Notes: generated from the sequence alone by a model not told the origin. 64,000 nucleotides of DNA from Eledone cirrhosa (GCA_964016885.1 CAXHJY010001363.1:62001-126000); one strand, 5' to 3'. Counted from the stretch's first letter, positions 45,235-60,842 are shown. A program made the numbers and translations.

Positions 45235-45495
45235 TCCTTTGTCAGTGTTGAACAAACGAGCAACGATGGTTGCTAGACACTACGGCTTAATACGGGATGT
45301 TTGTTTACAAACACACCGAGCATTATAATAAATGTTCGGAGAATCCATACGTACATATATATATGTGTGCATGTATGTATATATATATACATACTACTGT
45401 ACATCTGTATACATATATGTATGTACGTATACATACTTATATTTAAGTAACAGCCGTACTAAGAGTGGGAAATGAAATTTCGTTTCATTTTTTCC

Positions 45496-45554
<59 letters not shown>

Positions 45555-45580
45555 AAAATAGTCAGGACCCCGAACTCGGA

Positions 45581-45621
<41 letters not shown>

Positions 45622-45637
45622 CTTTTACCCACTGTCA

Positions 45638-45695
<58 letters not shown>

Positions 45696-46089
45696 AAAGC
45701 GTACGTTGGAACAATGAAATAGTTACACAAGTCGCTGTTATATCGACAGTCGATCGACTTTCGTTAAATAGGACCGAGGAAACAATGTTGGTTACTTTAT
45801 TTTATCGTCCCTGGAATTATAACAGGTATAGTGGGGTTTGAACTAAGAACTTAAAGAACAGGAAAATATATTTCTTCTGACCAATCTAACAATTCTGTCA
45901 ATTTGCCACTCTTCTCAGATAATGGTTTCTGATTTAGACACAAGGCCAACAATTTTGGCGAAAGGGTAAAGTCAATTAAATCGACCCCCATTACGTTACT
46001 GGTACATGATTCTATCAACCCCGTAAGGGTGAAAGACATTGCTGTGATATAATAGAATTATAGCTATTTGCATATAAAAACTGAAGTGC

Positions 46090-46586
<497 letters not shown>

Positions 46587-47129
46587 CAAGATCGATGAGT
46601 ATTTCTTTTAATATCACAAAATGGCGGAAAGAAGAACTGTAACATCGATCATATACAAAAGAAATCGTGTTTTGCTTTAATTTTTAAATAACTCTTAATC
46701 ACAAACTAAGTCGTGAAAATGGATTTGGGTGAAAGATCTAAATCGGGAATATAAGATATCTTTTGTATTTTTTATATATTTATCCGAAGGCTAAAAATGA
46801 AAATATATATTAAACACTTAATAAGAAAGATAAAATTAGTATCAGATATTTTTTTCCTGTCTATTGTAATGATACATGGTGAAGGTACATGACTTGCTGG
46901 TTAGAACATTCGGCTTACGATTGTAAGGTCGTGAGTTCAATTCCCAGACTCGGTGGTGCGATATGTTGTGTCCTTGAGCAAGACACTTTATATTGCGTTG
47001 ATCCAGTTCAGTCAACTTGCAAAAATGAGTCGTGAAAATGAATTTGGGTATATAAGATATCTGTAGTATTTTTTATATATTTATCTGAAGGCAAAATATG
47101 AAAAAATATATTAAAACTCTAATAACTTA

Positions 47130-47614
47130 CGAGGGTCGGCTGAAATGTTTATTGGCTGACCAAGATACTCTCACGGAATGAGCGAATGAGGTTTATCTTT
47201 TAACATATTCCCAGGAAAGAAACAATGCAGTTATTAATAAGAAGAGTTGAAATTAATGTATGTAAGATTTCACAGCCCTAGCATCAATCCTTCATAGGCT
47301 GACCAAGATACTCTCACGGAATGAGCAAATGAGGTTTATCTTTTAACATATTCCCAGGAAAGAAACAATGCAGTTATTAATAAGAAGAGTTGAAATTAAT
47401 GTATGTAAGATTTCACAGCCCTAGCATCAATCCTTCATAGGCTGACCAAGATACTCTCATGGAATGACCAAATGAGGTTTATTTTTTCAACATAGTCCCT
47501 GGAAAGAAATAATGCAGTTATTAATAAGAAGAGTTGAAATTAATGCATGTAAGATTTCACAGCTCTAGCATCAATCCTTTATAGTCAGCCTATGAACGTT
47601 TCAGCCGACACTCG
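47130..47614 (+). mobile_element. Mariner-type MITE with TA TSD and three 143-bp internal units
   Basis: ta|cgagggtcggctgaaa ... tttcagccgacactcg|ta; units start at 47154, 47297 and 47440. Confidence 0.85.
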
Positions 47615-47804
47615 TACATTTTCATCGTGAAGGAGGTACGTAGCTTAGTGGTTAGGGTATTTGGCTGACAATCATGAGTTCGATTCCCAGCACCACGTTG
47701 TGTTGTGTCTTGAGCAAGACACATTATACATATATATACATATATATGCGGTCTGAGATCTTAAAAAAAGAAAAGATATTTTAAAAGTAACAGTCAAAGT
47801 TGTT

Positions 47805-48112
47805 GACCCGCCGAAGTTAACTTTGACTTTCATCCTTACGGGGTCGATACAATAAAGTACCAGTAATGCACTGGGATAATTGTCGGCCTTGTACCAAAAG
47901 TAGAAATAATTATTTCCAGATATAGGGCGGTGAATTGGCAGTATCGGTAGAGGGTTGGACATGCTTTCTAGCATAGTTACGTCCCTTTACGGTCTGAGTT
48001 CATATCCTGACGAGGTTAACTTTGCCTTTCATCATTACGGGGGTCGATAAAATAAAGTACCAGTAATGTACTGGGTAATTGCTGGCCCTGTGCCAAAAGT
48101 AGAAATAATTAT
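47805..48112 (+). mobile_element. Truncated plus full SINE in tandem
   Basis: Two family cores. Confidence 0.85.
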
Positions 48113-48424
48113 TTAAAGATATACTATATGTATGGAACTACTTTATTCTGTGTACTTTTATATTTTTTAATGCTTAGGTCTGGAGGAAGGGGCTGGACTT
48201 ATGCAAACATGGATGCGTTTGCCTGAGACATAACAACTTAATCACATTTCTTCAAATTTCTTCATAATGTATAATTGTATTAACCTCTGATGATGTCACA
48301 CCGGTGCAAGTGGCTGATGTAGTGATTGCATAGTGACTGTACACCGGTGCCACTATAAAAATGAGACCGACGCAAATTATTTCCCCCCTTTGAAAATTTA
48401 CAGATGAAAAATATAAGCAAGGAT

Positions 48425-51400
48425 CTTGTCATTCAAACTCTCTGCTGTATTTCATATGTAAGAGAATGAGGTTTGGGACTTTGTCGTTCAGACTCTCTGC
48501 TGTATTTCATATGTAAGAGAATGAGGTTTGGGACTTTGTCGTTCAGACTATCTACTGTATTTCATATGTAAGAGAATGGGGTTTGGGACTTTGTCGTTCA
48601 GACTCTCTGCTGTATTTCATATGTAAGAGAATGGGGTTTGGGACTTTGTCGTTCAGACCCTCTGCTGTATTTCATATGTAAGAGAATGAGGTTTGGGACT
48701 TTGTCGTTCAAACTCTCTGCTGTATTTCATATGTAAGAGAATGAGGTTTGGGACTTTGTCGTTCAGACTCTCTGCTGTATTTCATATGTAAGAGAATGAG
48801 GTTTGGGACTTTGTCGTTCAGACTCTCTGCTGTATTTCATATGTAAGAGAATGAGGTTTGGGACTTTGTCGTTCAGACTCTCTGCTGTATTTCATATGTA
48901 AGAGAATGAGGTTTGGGACTTTGTCGTTCAGACTCTCTGCTGTATTTCATATGTAAGAGAATGAGGTTTGGGACTTTGTCGTTCAGAGCCTCTGCTGTAT
49001 TTCATATGTAAGAGAATGAGGTTTGGGACTTTGTCGTTCAGACTCTCTGCTGTATTTCATATGTAAGAGAATGAGGTTTGGGACTTTGTCGTTCAGACCC
49101 TCTGCTGTATTTCATATGTAAGAGAATGAGGTTTGGGACTTTGTCGTTCAGACTCTCTGCTGTATTTCATATGTAAGAGAATGAGGTTTGGGACTTTGTC
49201 GTTCAGACTCTCTGCTGTATTTCATATGTAAGAGAATGAGGTTTGGGACTTTGTCGTTCAGACTCTCTGCTGTATTTCATATGTAAGAGAATGAGGTTTG
49301 GGACTTTGTCGTTCAGACTCTCTGCTGTATTTCATATGTAAGAGAATGAGGTTTGGGACTTTGTCGTTCAGACTCTCTGCTGTATTTCATATGTAAGAGA
49401 ATGAGGTTTGGGACTTTGTCGTTCAGACTCTCTGCTGTATTTCATATGTAAGAGAATGAGGTTTGGGACTTTGTCGTTCAAACTCTCTGCTGTATTTCAT
49501 ATATAAGAGAATGGGGTTTGGGACTTTGTCGTTCAAACTCTCTGCTGTATTTCATATGTAAGAGAATGGGGTTTGGGACTTTGTCGTTCAGACTCTCTGC
49601 TGTATTTCATATGTAAGAGAATGGGGTTTGGGACTTTGTCGTTCAGACTCTCTGCTGTATTTCATATGTAAGAGAATGAGGTTTGGGACTTTGTCGTTCA
49701 GACTCTCTGCTGTATTTCATATGTAAGAGAATGGGGTTTGGGACTTTGTCGTTCAGACTCTCTGCTGTATTTCATATGTAAGAGAATGAGGTTTGGGACT
49801 TTGTCGTTCAGACTCTCTGCTGTATTTCATATGTAAGAGAATGGGGTTTGGGACTTTGTCGTTCAGACTCTCTGCTGTATTTCATATATAAGAGAATGGG
49901 GTTTGGGACTTTGTCGTTCAGACTCTCTGCTGTATTTCATATGTAAGAGAATGGGGTTTGGGACTTTGTCGTTCAGACTCTCTGCTGTATTTCATATGTA
50001 AGAGAATGGGGTTTGGGACTTTGTCGTTCAGACTCTCTGCTGTATTTCATATGTAAGAGAATGGGGTTTGGGACTTTGTCGTTCAGACTCTCTGCTGTCT
50101 TTCATATGTAAGAGAATGGAGTTTGGGACTTTGTCGTTCAGACTCTCTGCTGTATTTCATATGTAAGAGAATGGGGTTTGGGACTTTGTCGTTCAGACTC
50201 TCTGCTGTATTTCATATGTAAGAGAATGGGGTTTGGGACTTTGTCGTTCAAACTCTCTGCTGTATTTCATATGTAAGAGAATGGGGTTTGGGACTTTGTC
50301 GTTCAGACTCTCTGCTGTATTTCATATGTAAGAGAATGAGGTTTGGGACTTTGTCGTTCAGACTCTCTGCTGTATTTCATATATAAGAGAATGGGGTTTG
50401 GGACTTTGTCGTTCAGACTATCTACTGTATTTCATATGTAAGAGAATGGGGTTTGGGACTTTGTCGTTCAGACTCTCTGCTGTATTTCATATGTAAGAGA
50501 ATGAGGTTTGGGACTTTGTCGTTCAGACTCTCTGCTGTATTTCATATATAAGAGAATGGGGTTTGGGACTTTGTCGTTCAGACTCTCTGCTGTATTTCAT
50601 ATATAAGAGAATGGGGTTTGGGACTTTGTCGTTCAGACTCTCTGCTGTATTTCATATGTAAGAGAATGAGGTTTGGGACTTTGTCGTTCAGACCCTCTGC
50701 TGTATTTCATATGTAAGAGAATGAGGTTTGGGACTTTGTCGTTCAGACTCTCTGCTGTATTTCATATGTAAGAGAATGAGGTTTGGGACTTTGTCGTTCA
50801 GACCCTCTGCTGTATTTCATATGTAAGAGAATGGGGTTTGGGACTTTGTCGTTCAGACTCTCTGCTGTATTTCATATATAAGAGAATGGGGTTTGGGACT
50901 TTGTCGTTCAGACTCTCTGCTGTATTTCATATATAAGAGAATGGGGTTTGGGACTTTGTCGTTCAGACCCTCTGCTGTATTTCATATGTAAGAGAATGGG
51001 GTTTGGGACTTTGTCGTTCAGACTCTCTGCTGTATTTCATATGTAAGAGAATGGGGTTTGGGACTTTGTCGTTCAGACTCTCTGCTGTATTTCATATATA
51101 AGAGAATGGGGTTTGGGACTTTGTCGTTCAGACTCTCTGCTGTATTTCATATGTAAGAGAATCGGGTTTGGGACTTTGTCGTTCAGACTCTCTGCTGTAT
51201 TTCATATGTAAGAGAATCGGGTTTGGGACTTTGTCGTTCAAACTCTCTGCTGTATTTCATATGTAAGAGAATGGGGTTTGGGACTTTGTCGTTCAGACTC
51301 TCTGCTGTATTTCATATGTAAGAGAATGGGGTTTGGGACTTTGTCGTTCAGACTCTCTGCTGTATTTCATATGTAAGAGAATGGGGTTTGGGACTTTGTC

Positions 51401-51980
51401 GTTCAGACTCTCTGCTGTATTTCATATGTAAGAGAATCGGGTTTGGGACTTTGTCGTTCAGACTCTCTGCTGTATTTCATATGTAAGAGAATGAGGTTTG
51501 GGACTTTGTCGTTCAGACCCTCTGCTGTATTTCATATGTAAGCGAATGAAGTTTGGGACTTTGTCGTTCAGACCCTCTGCTGTATTTCATATGTAAGAGA
51601 ATGGGGTTTGGGACTTTGTCGTTCAGACTCTCTGCTGTATTTCATATGTAAGAGAATGAGGTTTGGAACTTTGTCGTTCAGACTCTCTGCTGTATTTCAT
51701 ATGTAAGAGAATGGGGTTTGGGACTTTGTCGTTCAGACTCTCTGCTGTATTTCATATGTAAGAGAATGAGGTTTGGAACTTTGTCGTTCAGACTCTCTGC
51801 TGTATTTCATATGTAAGTGAATGATGTTTGAGATTTTGTCGTTCAAACTCTCTGCTATATCACATATGTAAGTGAATAAGCTCTTGGACTTTGTCGATCA
51901 AACTATCTGCTATATTACACATGTACGTGAACGAGGTCTTGGACTTTGTCGTTCAAACTATCTGCTATATTACGTATGTA
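48425..51980. repeat. 55-bp tandem satellite, about 64 copies
   Basis: Unit gactctctgctgtatttcatatgtaagagaatg(a/g)ggtttgggactttgtcgttca, contiguous with no spacers and degenerate edge units. Confidence 0.97.
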
Positions 51981-52722
51981 AAAATATTTCAATGTTATTT
52001 ACTCAACACTACGTATTTCACAATATAAGTTAGTATTTACATTTTTAATGTAACCGGTATGAAAACGTCAATTGGAAATAATTATATGTTGAGGAAATTA
52101 TGTTAACTTAAAGAGTAATAATATTTATATGATTTTAGCAAATACGGGAGACAACTGTGGAGATATTTTACTTTCCTCTTCAGAAAAACATAAACTTCAC
52201 AATACTTTTCAGTGTAGTAATGAAAGAATCTTCGTTATGTAAATGTATACGAGTAGGCGGTAAAATTAACATATCATATAAGATTGGGGTTAATTATAAA
52301 TGAAACACCAACCGCATCAATATTTTTTTCATTGAGTAATTATGTTTAATTGGATGTTTGATGCTCACTGCATTGAATACATTAATACTATTTCTTATTA
52401 CGAGTGAATTCTTATTTTCCTCACTGCTTATTTAAATTGCTATAAAACAAAATAAGTTCTTGCGTCATCCATTTTGTGAATTCGTAAAATTGTAAACATT
52501 AATTAAAACCATAGATCTATGAGCAATCCGCCATCTTGCTAAACTTTACATTCATTGACCTAACAAAGGAGTCTTATACCTGGTCGTTTGACTTGCTAGA
52601 AATATCAAACAATTCTCCCTCAAATAACATATTACTGTCTTTAAATAAAAGATAAATAAATGGTGGAGCACGTTTGATAATCTAAGGGTAGATACGAGTA
52701 TGTGTGTATTTGTATGTACCTA

Positions 52723-52760
<38 letters not shown>

Positions 52761-52767
52761 TGTGTGT

Positions 52768-52874
<107 letters not shown>

Positions 52875-52960
52875 TGTGCCTGTGTGTGTGTGTTGAATTA
52901 TTATTCTTAAGACGTCTTGTGTTGCTGGTTTCCTGAGAATTATTGATTTTGCATGCAAAA

Positions 52961-53262
52961 TACGAAGGTTGACTGAAAAGTTCATATGATGACTAAGATA
53001 CTCTCATGGAATGAGCAAATGAGGTTTATTTTTCAACATAGTCCCTGGAAAGAAACAATGCAGTTATTTATGAGAAGAGTTGAAATGAATACATGCAAGA
53101 TTTCGCAGCTCTAATATCACTCCTTCATAGGCTGACTAAGATACTCTCATGGAATGACCAAATGAGGTTTATTTTTCAACATAGTCCCTGGAAAGAAACA
53201 ATACAGTTATTAATAAGAAGAGTTGAAATTAATGCATGTAAGATTTCACAGCAATAGCATCA
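52961..53262 (+). mobile_element. Truncated copy of the same mariner MITE (two units)
   Basis: Starts tacgaaggttgactgaaaagttcata followed by two units; right TIR missing. Confidence 0.75.
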
Positions 53263-53318
53263 TTTACAATATATTGTATCTCCAATCTTACTAGTTCTTT
53301 TATAATGGACTTCAAGAT

Positions 53319-53435
<117 letters not shown>

Positions 53436-54112
53436 AGACAATGTTAACCCTGGTGTTAACCCAAGATGCAATGGTCAAGGCTGCAGTATCTTAGATTCTA
53501 GGACATTTTTAGACCTGTCAGAGCCCATCTCCTCTCCAGGTTTGAATACAGCAGACCTCTTCCAGAGAAGAGGATAGAATGTCAGAGAATGGAAATGAGA
53601 AAAAGATATAGAAGAAGAATCTAGAAAAATCTAGAATGGTACTTTTTTTTATCGACATCGAATGGATGAAAGGCAAAGTTGACCTCAGCGGGATTTTAAC
53701 TGAGAGATCAGAGATCAGAGAACAGAGTACAGGAACGAATACCTGAAAGCCTTCTAGCTGACGTTCTCGTGACTCTACCAATTCGCCACTACCTCTCAGA
53801 TTACATCAGCTCAATAAAGTGACATTGTGCGATAGTTTTCAGCAGTTGTTGTCGCTGGATTCATTCCTTCAAAATAACTAAATCATTGATGATTATAGTG
53901 CAATAGCTTGTGAGGACATCATGTATAAGATATATTCACTCGGTGCCTTAATCACATCCTACAGGATCATTTTATAACCAATGATATTCTAACACCTGGT
54001 GAAGGAAGGGGAAAACTAATTATATCAGAAATATATTATTAAAAATGTATCCTGCAGAGCGAAAACTTGTCAGCACTGCTCCGAACTTTCGTTGAAACTC
54101 ATTATGATACCT

Positions 54113-54413
54113 TGGCAGTATCGGTAGAGAGTCGGACGCCATGTTTGCAGCAAAGAGTTACGGCCCTTTGTGGTCTGAGTTCAAATCCCACCAGGGTTAA
54201 CTTTGCCTTTCATCCTTACGGGGTCGATAAAATAAAGTACCAGTAATGCACTGGGATAATTGGTGGCCTTGTGCCAAAAGTAGAAATAATTATATTATAA
54301 ACATGTGATCTGAGGGATGGCAGTATCGGTAGAGGGTCGGACGCCATGCTTTGCAGCATAGAGTTACGGCCCTTTGCGGTCTGAGTTCAAATCCCGCCGA
54401 GGTTAACTTTGCC

Positions 54414-54450
<37 letters not shown>

Positions 54451-54916
54451 GTATATATATAATTGTTTCTACTTTAGGCACAAGGCCAGCAATTATCCAG
54501 TGCATTACTGGTACTTTATTTTATATATATATGTAATACATATATATAATATATATAGATATAGATATATAATATATATAATATATATAATATATGTATA
54601 TACATATATAAAGTTATATATATATATTATATATATAATATATATATAATACATATATATATATGATGTAGTATATATATATATTATATATATAATATAT
54701 ATATAATATATATATAATACATATATATATATAATTGTTTCTACTTTAGGCACAAGGCCAGCAATTACCCAGTGCATTACTGGTACTTTATTTTATCGAC
54801 CCCGTAAGGATGAAAGGCAAAGTCAACCTCGGCGGGATTTGAACTCAGATCGTAAAGGGACGTAACTATGCTGGAAAGCATGACGTCCGACCCTCTACCG
54901 ATACTGCCAATCCACT
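54113..54916. mobile_element. SINE cluster: two + copies (54113-54419) and two - copies (54461-54522, 54733-54916) around (TA)n
   Basis: Family head, core and tail matches in both orientations. Confidence 0.85.
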
Positions 54917-55261
54917 GTAATATATATATATTATATATATATATATATATATTAGAAAATGTAAAATAACCGAGGTTTCCTACACGAGTGAAAGTATAAG
55001 GAAAAATTATGAAATCGAAAATGCAACTGGAGTCTTTTTTTTTTAAATATATATATTTATTTGGTTCCTTTTCCGGTTTCGCAGTTCTTCTGCTTTTCAA
55101 AAGTAGAATTGAGATGGAGGGTCTGTGGTTTTTCTCACATGGTTTTTCTCACATTTAAAAAAAGACTACTATTGCATTTTCGATTTCATCTTTTTTCCTT
55201 ATATATATATATTATGAATTATGAATTACTGTTGGCTTCTTGCTCACATTAATTTCTCTAT

Positions 55262-55349
<88 letters not shown>

Positions 55350-55419
55350 ATACATATATAATACATATATATATATATATAATGTAATATATATATATTA
55401 TACATATATATATAATATA

Positions 55420-55540
<121 letters not shown>

Positions 55541-56146
55541 TGTATATATATATATTATATAATATATATATATATAATATACTTACTTAGTAAAACATCT
55601 CGTCTAATCAGGATAAAGTAGATACAAAAATGATGTTGGTGAACATAAATCCCGAACTTTACACGATCTCACTGATACACACCACTTATTTCAAAACCAC
55701 AGGAGGGCCTGTCATTTTCTTCTGCCACACATGTGCACTACTAACGACCCCTCAGATGATGATGGTGATGATGTGTAAAGGGAGGTAAGAATGACGACAA
55801 AGGGAGAGAAAAAAAGATGAGATGGGGAGGGTAATACTTACTTACTAAGTAAAGTAAAGTAAAGTAAAGTACGTAAGTAACTACCCCCTCCCAAACTCTC
55901 ATCTGTCTCTTCGCCTTTTTTCTCCCACTGTCGTCATCCTTACCTCCCTTACACGTAAGTACCCCCACCCCCACCTCCACCCCCTAGTCGATCTGCAACT
56001 TAACAACAACCATTCAACTTCTCTCTCCCCCCTCCCCTCCCCCCATCTCATCTGTCTCGTCGCCTAATGTTTCCCTCTAATTAAAACAATAGCTCTTTTA
56101 TTGCAAAAACACATTGGACAGTGAAGTCTTCATCTATAACTATGAA

Positions 56147-56638
56147 GAGCGGTGAATTGGCAGTATCGGTAGAGGGTTGGACGCCATGCTTTCTAGCATA
56201 GTTACGTCCCTTTACAGTCTGAGTTCAAATCCGGTGAGGTTAACTTTGCCTTTCATCCTTACGGGGGTCGATAAAATAAAGTACCAGTAATGTACTGGGT
56301 AATTGCTGGCCTTGTGCCTAAAGTAGAAACAATTATTATGAAGAACGAAATAACCATCAGCTGTGAAATCTTGTATGAATTAATTCCATCTCAAAAATTC
56401 CATCTCAAGTAAAAATGGATATTTTGAGAAAAAATTATTTTATAATATAATTCATAGTTTGCATTATATGACTTATTGTGAATTAATATATATATACTCT
56501 GTGGGAGGATGCACATATTTTCGTTCACATTGATCAAATGTACAATTGTTTCTACTTTTGACACAAGGCCAGCAATTACTCCAGTGCATTACTGGTATTT
56601 TATTTTATCGACCCAGTAAGGATGAATGGCAAAGTTAA

Positions 56639-56684
<46 letters not shown>

Positions 56685-56873
56685 AACAAGTAAGACCCCG
56701 ACGGCTGAGCTCAAGCCGTTTCGACGGCTAATTCTGGACTCAGAATTAGCCGTCGAAACGGCTTGAGCTCAGCCGTCGGGGTCTTACTTGTTCCTATTAC
56801 CCACTCTTCTACCCTAAGTATTGAGTACTTTGGTGCGTTATGGTCCACCTGCTTCCTTACCACATTTCCTTCG

Positions 56874-56926
<53 letters not shown>

Positions 56927-57076
56927 TATGTATACGTACATACATATATGTATACAGACGTACAGTAGTATGTGTATATATATACATACATGCACACATA
57001 TATATATATGTACGTATGGATTTAAGTAACAGCCGTACTAACAGTGGGAAATGATATTTTGTTTCATTTTCCGTTT

Positions 57077-57140
<64 letters not shown>

Positions 57141-59640
57141 CATATATATTATATAGATATATTATATATATACTTACTGTCCAAATAATCATCTATTATT
57201 TCAGACCTTGAATGACATGGGGGATTTGAAGCAGCTCGTGTCTAAAAAAAGATTAGCTGCTGAACAGGAAATAAATCGATACTCTATAAGTTTTGAGTTT
57301 GAAAAGTAAAAAAAAGGTTATTTTTAAAGAAATTAAACGATAATTAATTCAGCTGAAATATTTAATGTTTAATTCGACATCATTTAGCTAAAACTAGTGT
57401 AACCCATTTGTCTTGCTTTTTTTCTCCTCCCCACTCTCACCTTTGACTGATTTTTGAAGCCCTTCTAAGTTTATAGTCAGGAAACATATACGTATATATT
57501 AACATAAAATATACACATTTATTTATTTCACTGTACTATTATTTCCCGTTAAACAAGTTTAAATATATTGAAATAGCTATTCCTTTAAAAGGTACACTTG
57601 ATAAAATTCAAATTTTTATCTATTTATTAAAACGTTAAACGAGAACATTTTTATTATTATTATTATTATTATTATATAGGGCGGTGGATTGGCAGTATCG
57701 GTAGAGGGTCGGACGTCATGCTTTGACGCATGGAGTTACGTCCCTTTTCATTCTGAGTTCAAATCCCGCCGAGGTCAACTTTGCCTTTCATCCTTACGGG
57801 GTCGATAAAATAAAGTACCAGTAATGTACTGGGTAATTGCTGGCCTTGTGCCAAAAGTAGAAACAATTATTATTATTATTGTAAAGAGACACGTTTGATA
57901 CAAATAGTATAGTCAGGTTCTATTTTTCCCATCGAGATGATACTGTAAATATTATTTTTTTCTTTACAGGATTTGGGGTAAATAAATAAATTGAAAAGCA
58001 TACATTTTTTTATCATTATTATGACAGTAATAACTGTAGGGCATTCTATTTTGGGTGAAGCCTTAAAACCAAATGCTGATAGTTAACATAACGTTGTATA
58101 TATTTTATCTCAAGCCATACATAGCTAAGTAAATGAAAATAAATTTCCAGTTGGCTTTAGCTTAAAATTATAATTACTATTTTCCCGTGTTATATATAAA
58201 CATGCATAGACAATTAGACACGGAACTTGATTGAATTGGCAGTAAACGGGATATATTTAGAAGATATGAAAATTCAACATTTGCTTCAAGCAAAAATTAA
58301 AAGTAATAACTCAAACGTTAATTATATATGCAAGTATAAATTTTCAAAACCTACATAATTGTTTCTACTTTAGGCACAAGGCCATCAATTACCCAGTGCA
58401 TTACTGGTACTTTATTTTATCGACCCGGTAAGGATGAAAGGCAAAGTCAACCTCGGCAGGATTTGAACTCAGGTCGTAAAGGGACGTAACTATGCTGGAA
58501 AACATGGCGTCCGACCCTCTACCGATACTGCCAATCCTGTATTATATAAAGAGACATTCCGATCCATCTAAGGATCTTTAGCTCCTGACAGAGTTGTAGG
58601 GTCTAAACACAACCAAATTAAACACTAATTTTATTTATATGTGCGTTATCGTATAATCTTTGAAAAATTACATAATATATTCTATAAAGATGCATGCCCA
58701 TCAGGCTAAGGGTCCTTCACTCTTGGTAGAGTGGCGGGGTCTAACCACAGCCAAATTAAACGATAATCATATGTAAATTATTCTATAATCTTTGAAAAAC
58801 TACTTAATAGTGTCTACATTTAGCACAATGCTAGCAATTTGAAGGTAAGAGTAAAGCGTCGGTTAATTCGACCCCCGTGGGTTACAGGTACTTTATTTTA
58901 TCAGCCCTGTAAGGATGAAAGGCAAAGCTAACCTCGGCAGGATTTGAATTCAGAACGGAAAGGACTGTAACTGTATGCTGCTCTAACGGTATTTATATTT
59001 ATCGATGACATGTGGATTGGCAGTCTGAGTTCAAATCCCGCCGAGGTTAACTTTGCCTTTCATCCTTACGGGGTCGATAAAATAAAGTACCAGTAATGCA
59101 CTGAATAATTGCTGGCCCTGTGCCAAAATTAGAAACAATTATTTTAACAAACATTTCTCTGAAGAGTCCATGTGGGTGAAACATTATGTAAGATTTATAT
59201 AAACAACTTGTTTTAACAGCTTGCACCCCCTTCATTCATTCATTTTTTATATAAGCATATAAATATATATACAGAAAGAAATAACAAAGCAAACGATACA
59301 ATCAGTACAATGAAGAAATATATTAGTTTTACACATGGAATAGAAGGAAAAGAGTCTTAAAGTTTCGACACTAGTCCTTCATCAAAGGGCAGAATGAGAA
59401 ATAAAATATCAAATAGAAGGATAGAAAGTGAGAAGAGAAATGAACAGAAAAAATTGGCAGTATTGGTAGAGGGTCGGACGCCATGCTTTGACGCATAGAG
59501 TTACGGCCCTTGCCATTCTGAGTTCAAATTCTGCCGAGGTTAACTTTGCCTTTCATCCTTATGGGGTCGATAAAATAAAGTACCAGTAATACACTGTGTA
59601 ATTGCTGGCCTTGTGCCAAAAGTAGAAACAATTATTATTA
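56147..59640. mobile_element. Dense SINE region: copies at 56147-56337(+), 56543-56640(-), 57678-57870(+), 58357-58537(-), 58810-58985(-), 59013-59140(+), 59453-59640(+)
   Basis: Each matches the family core. Confidence 0.85.
56681..56875. mobile_element. Family P1 copy with perfect 56-bp inverted arms (56681-56796)
   Basis: 56681-56736 is the exact reverse complement of 56741-56796 around a gact loop; (TA)n on both sides. Confidence 0.7.
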
Positions 59641-60409
59641 TTGGAGTGTTAACATTGGTTTGATTCAATGGTGTATAACTTATATCTTAAGATTTTAACC
59701 AACTCTTTTCATAACAAAGATAGGTGTAAACACCTTGTGTTTATAATAACCATAATCGTGGAGAGAAAATGATGGATCAGCCGGATTAGTTTGAAACCTA
59801 TTTTAGAGTTTCATCAGCGACAAGGTTAGCCTGGGTTTGCATATATAATGCATATATAACTTGTCAGGCTGATACTCCATTTCTATCAACAAAGATAATG
59901 TATTGAAAGTATATCAAGCTATTTACATACGACTATTACATGCAGTGTTGGCTAAAATCTGTGTGGTTGTAGTTGTACTTACTGGAACAGCTAGCTTCCT
60001 ATGTATCAAATATCTCCTGGATCAGAGATCTAATCCCAACACACACACACAAGCCAATCCGATCCAAGATAGAAACGACTTAACAACGATGTTTTTGAAG
60101 ATGTTCTTACTACACAGTGGGTTAAAGAATTCATAACATATTAATACATCAGACATAACCATCAATATGTTCATATTCTTGTGGATGTGGATATTTCTTG
60201 TCTATACATCTAATTAAAGTATGATCTTGCTTTCCTAGGCATTATAGAAATAAGACTCTCTTCTCACAACTGAAGTCGTTGACCAATGCCCGCGAGGCAA
60301 CCAAACACGTTGTCGAACTAAGTGTTCACTACAGCGGATAGACATATATACTTAATTCGGAGGAGATAAGATCATGGACTCAGTCTGCCGTTAACAATAT
60401 CAGCAAATC

Positions 60410-60465
<56 letters not shown>

Positions 60466-60589
60466 GTGTGCGTGTGCATGTGTGTAACTTTTGCATTTGT
60501 ATCCGTAGCTACAATTAAATGTAGGTGACGTCTTAAAGGTACAAATATATTCTTTTTATCTATGTATGTATGTAAATATATATATATAT

Positions 60590-60842
60590 ATATGATAGAG
60601 AGAGCGAGAGGGGGTAAGTATGTAGTTACATAGATATAGATATTTTTTATGTATGTGTGTATATATATATATATATGAAAGAGAGAGAGAGAGAGGGGGT
60701 AAGTATGTAGTTACATAGATATAGATATTTGTTATGTATGTGTGTATATATATATATATGAAAGAGAGAGAGAGAGAGGGGGTAAGTATGTAGTTACATA
60801 GATATAGATATTTTTATGTATGTGTGTATATATATATATATG
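60590..60842. repeat. About 85-bp composite tandem repeat, three copies
   Basis: gagagggggtaagtatgtagttacatagatatagatatttt..tatgtatgtgtg(ta)n repeated. Confidence 0.85.

Noticed and set aside
48425-51980. CRISPR-like array, or tandem hammerhead satellite (CUGAACGA...GAAA on the minus strand)
   Set aside because: Units are contiguous without unique spacers and there are no cas genes. The core has an extra base and no stems II/III or UH triplet.
57204-57308. Possible exon TLNDMGDLKQLVSKKRLAAEQEINRYSISFEFEK
   Set aside because: Only an acceptor-like site and a short open frame; no partner exons or recognisable homology.
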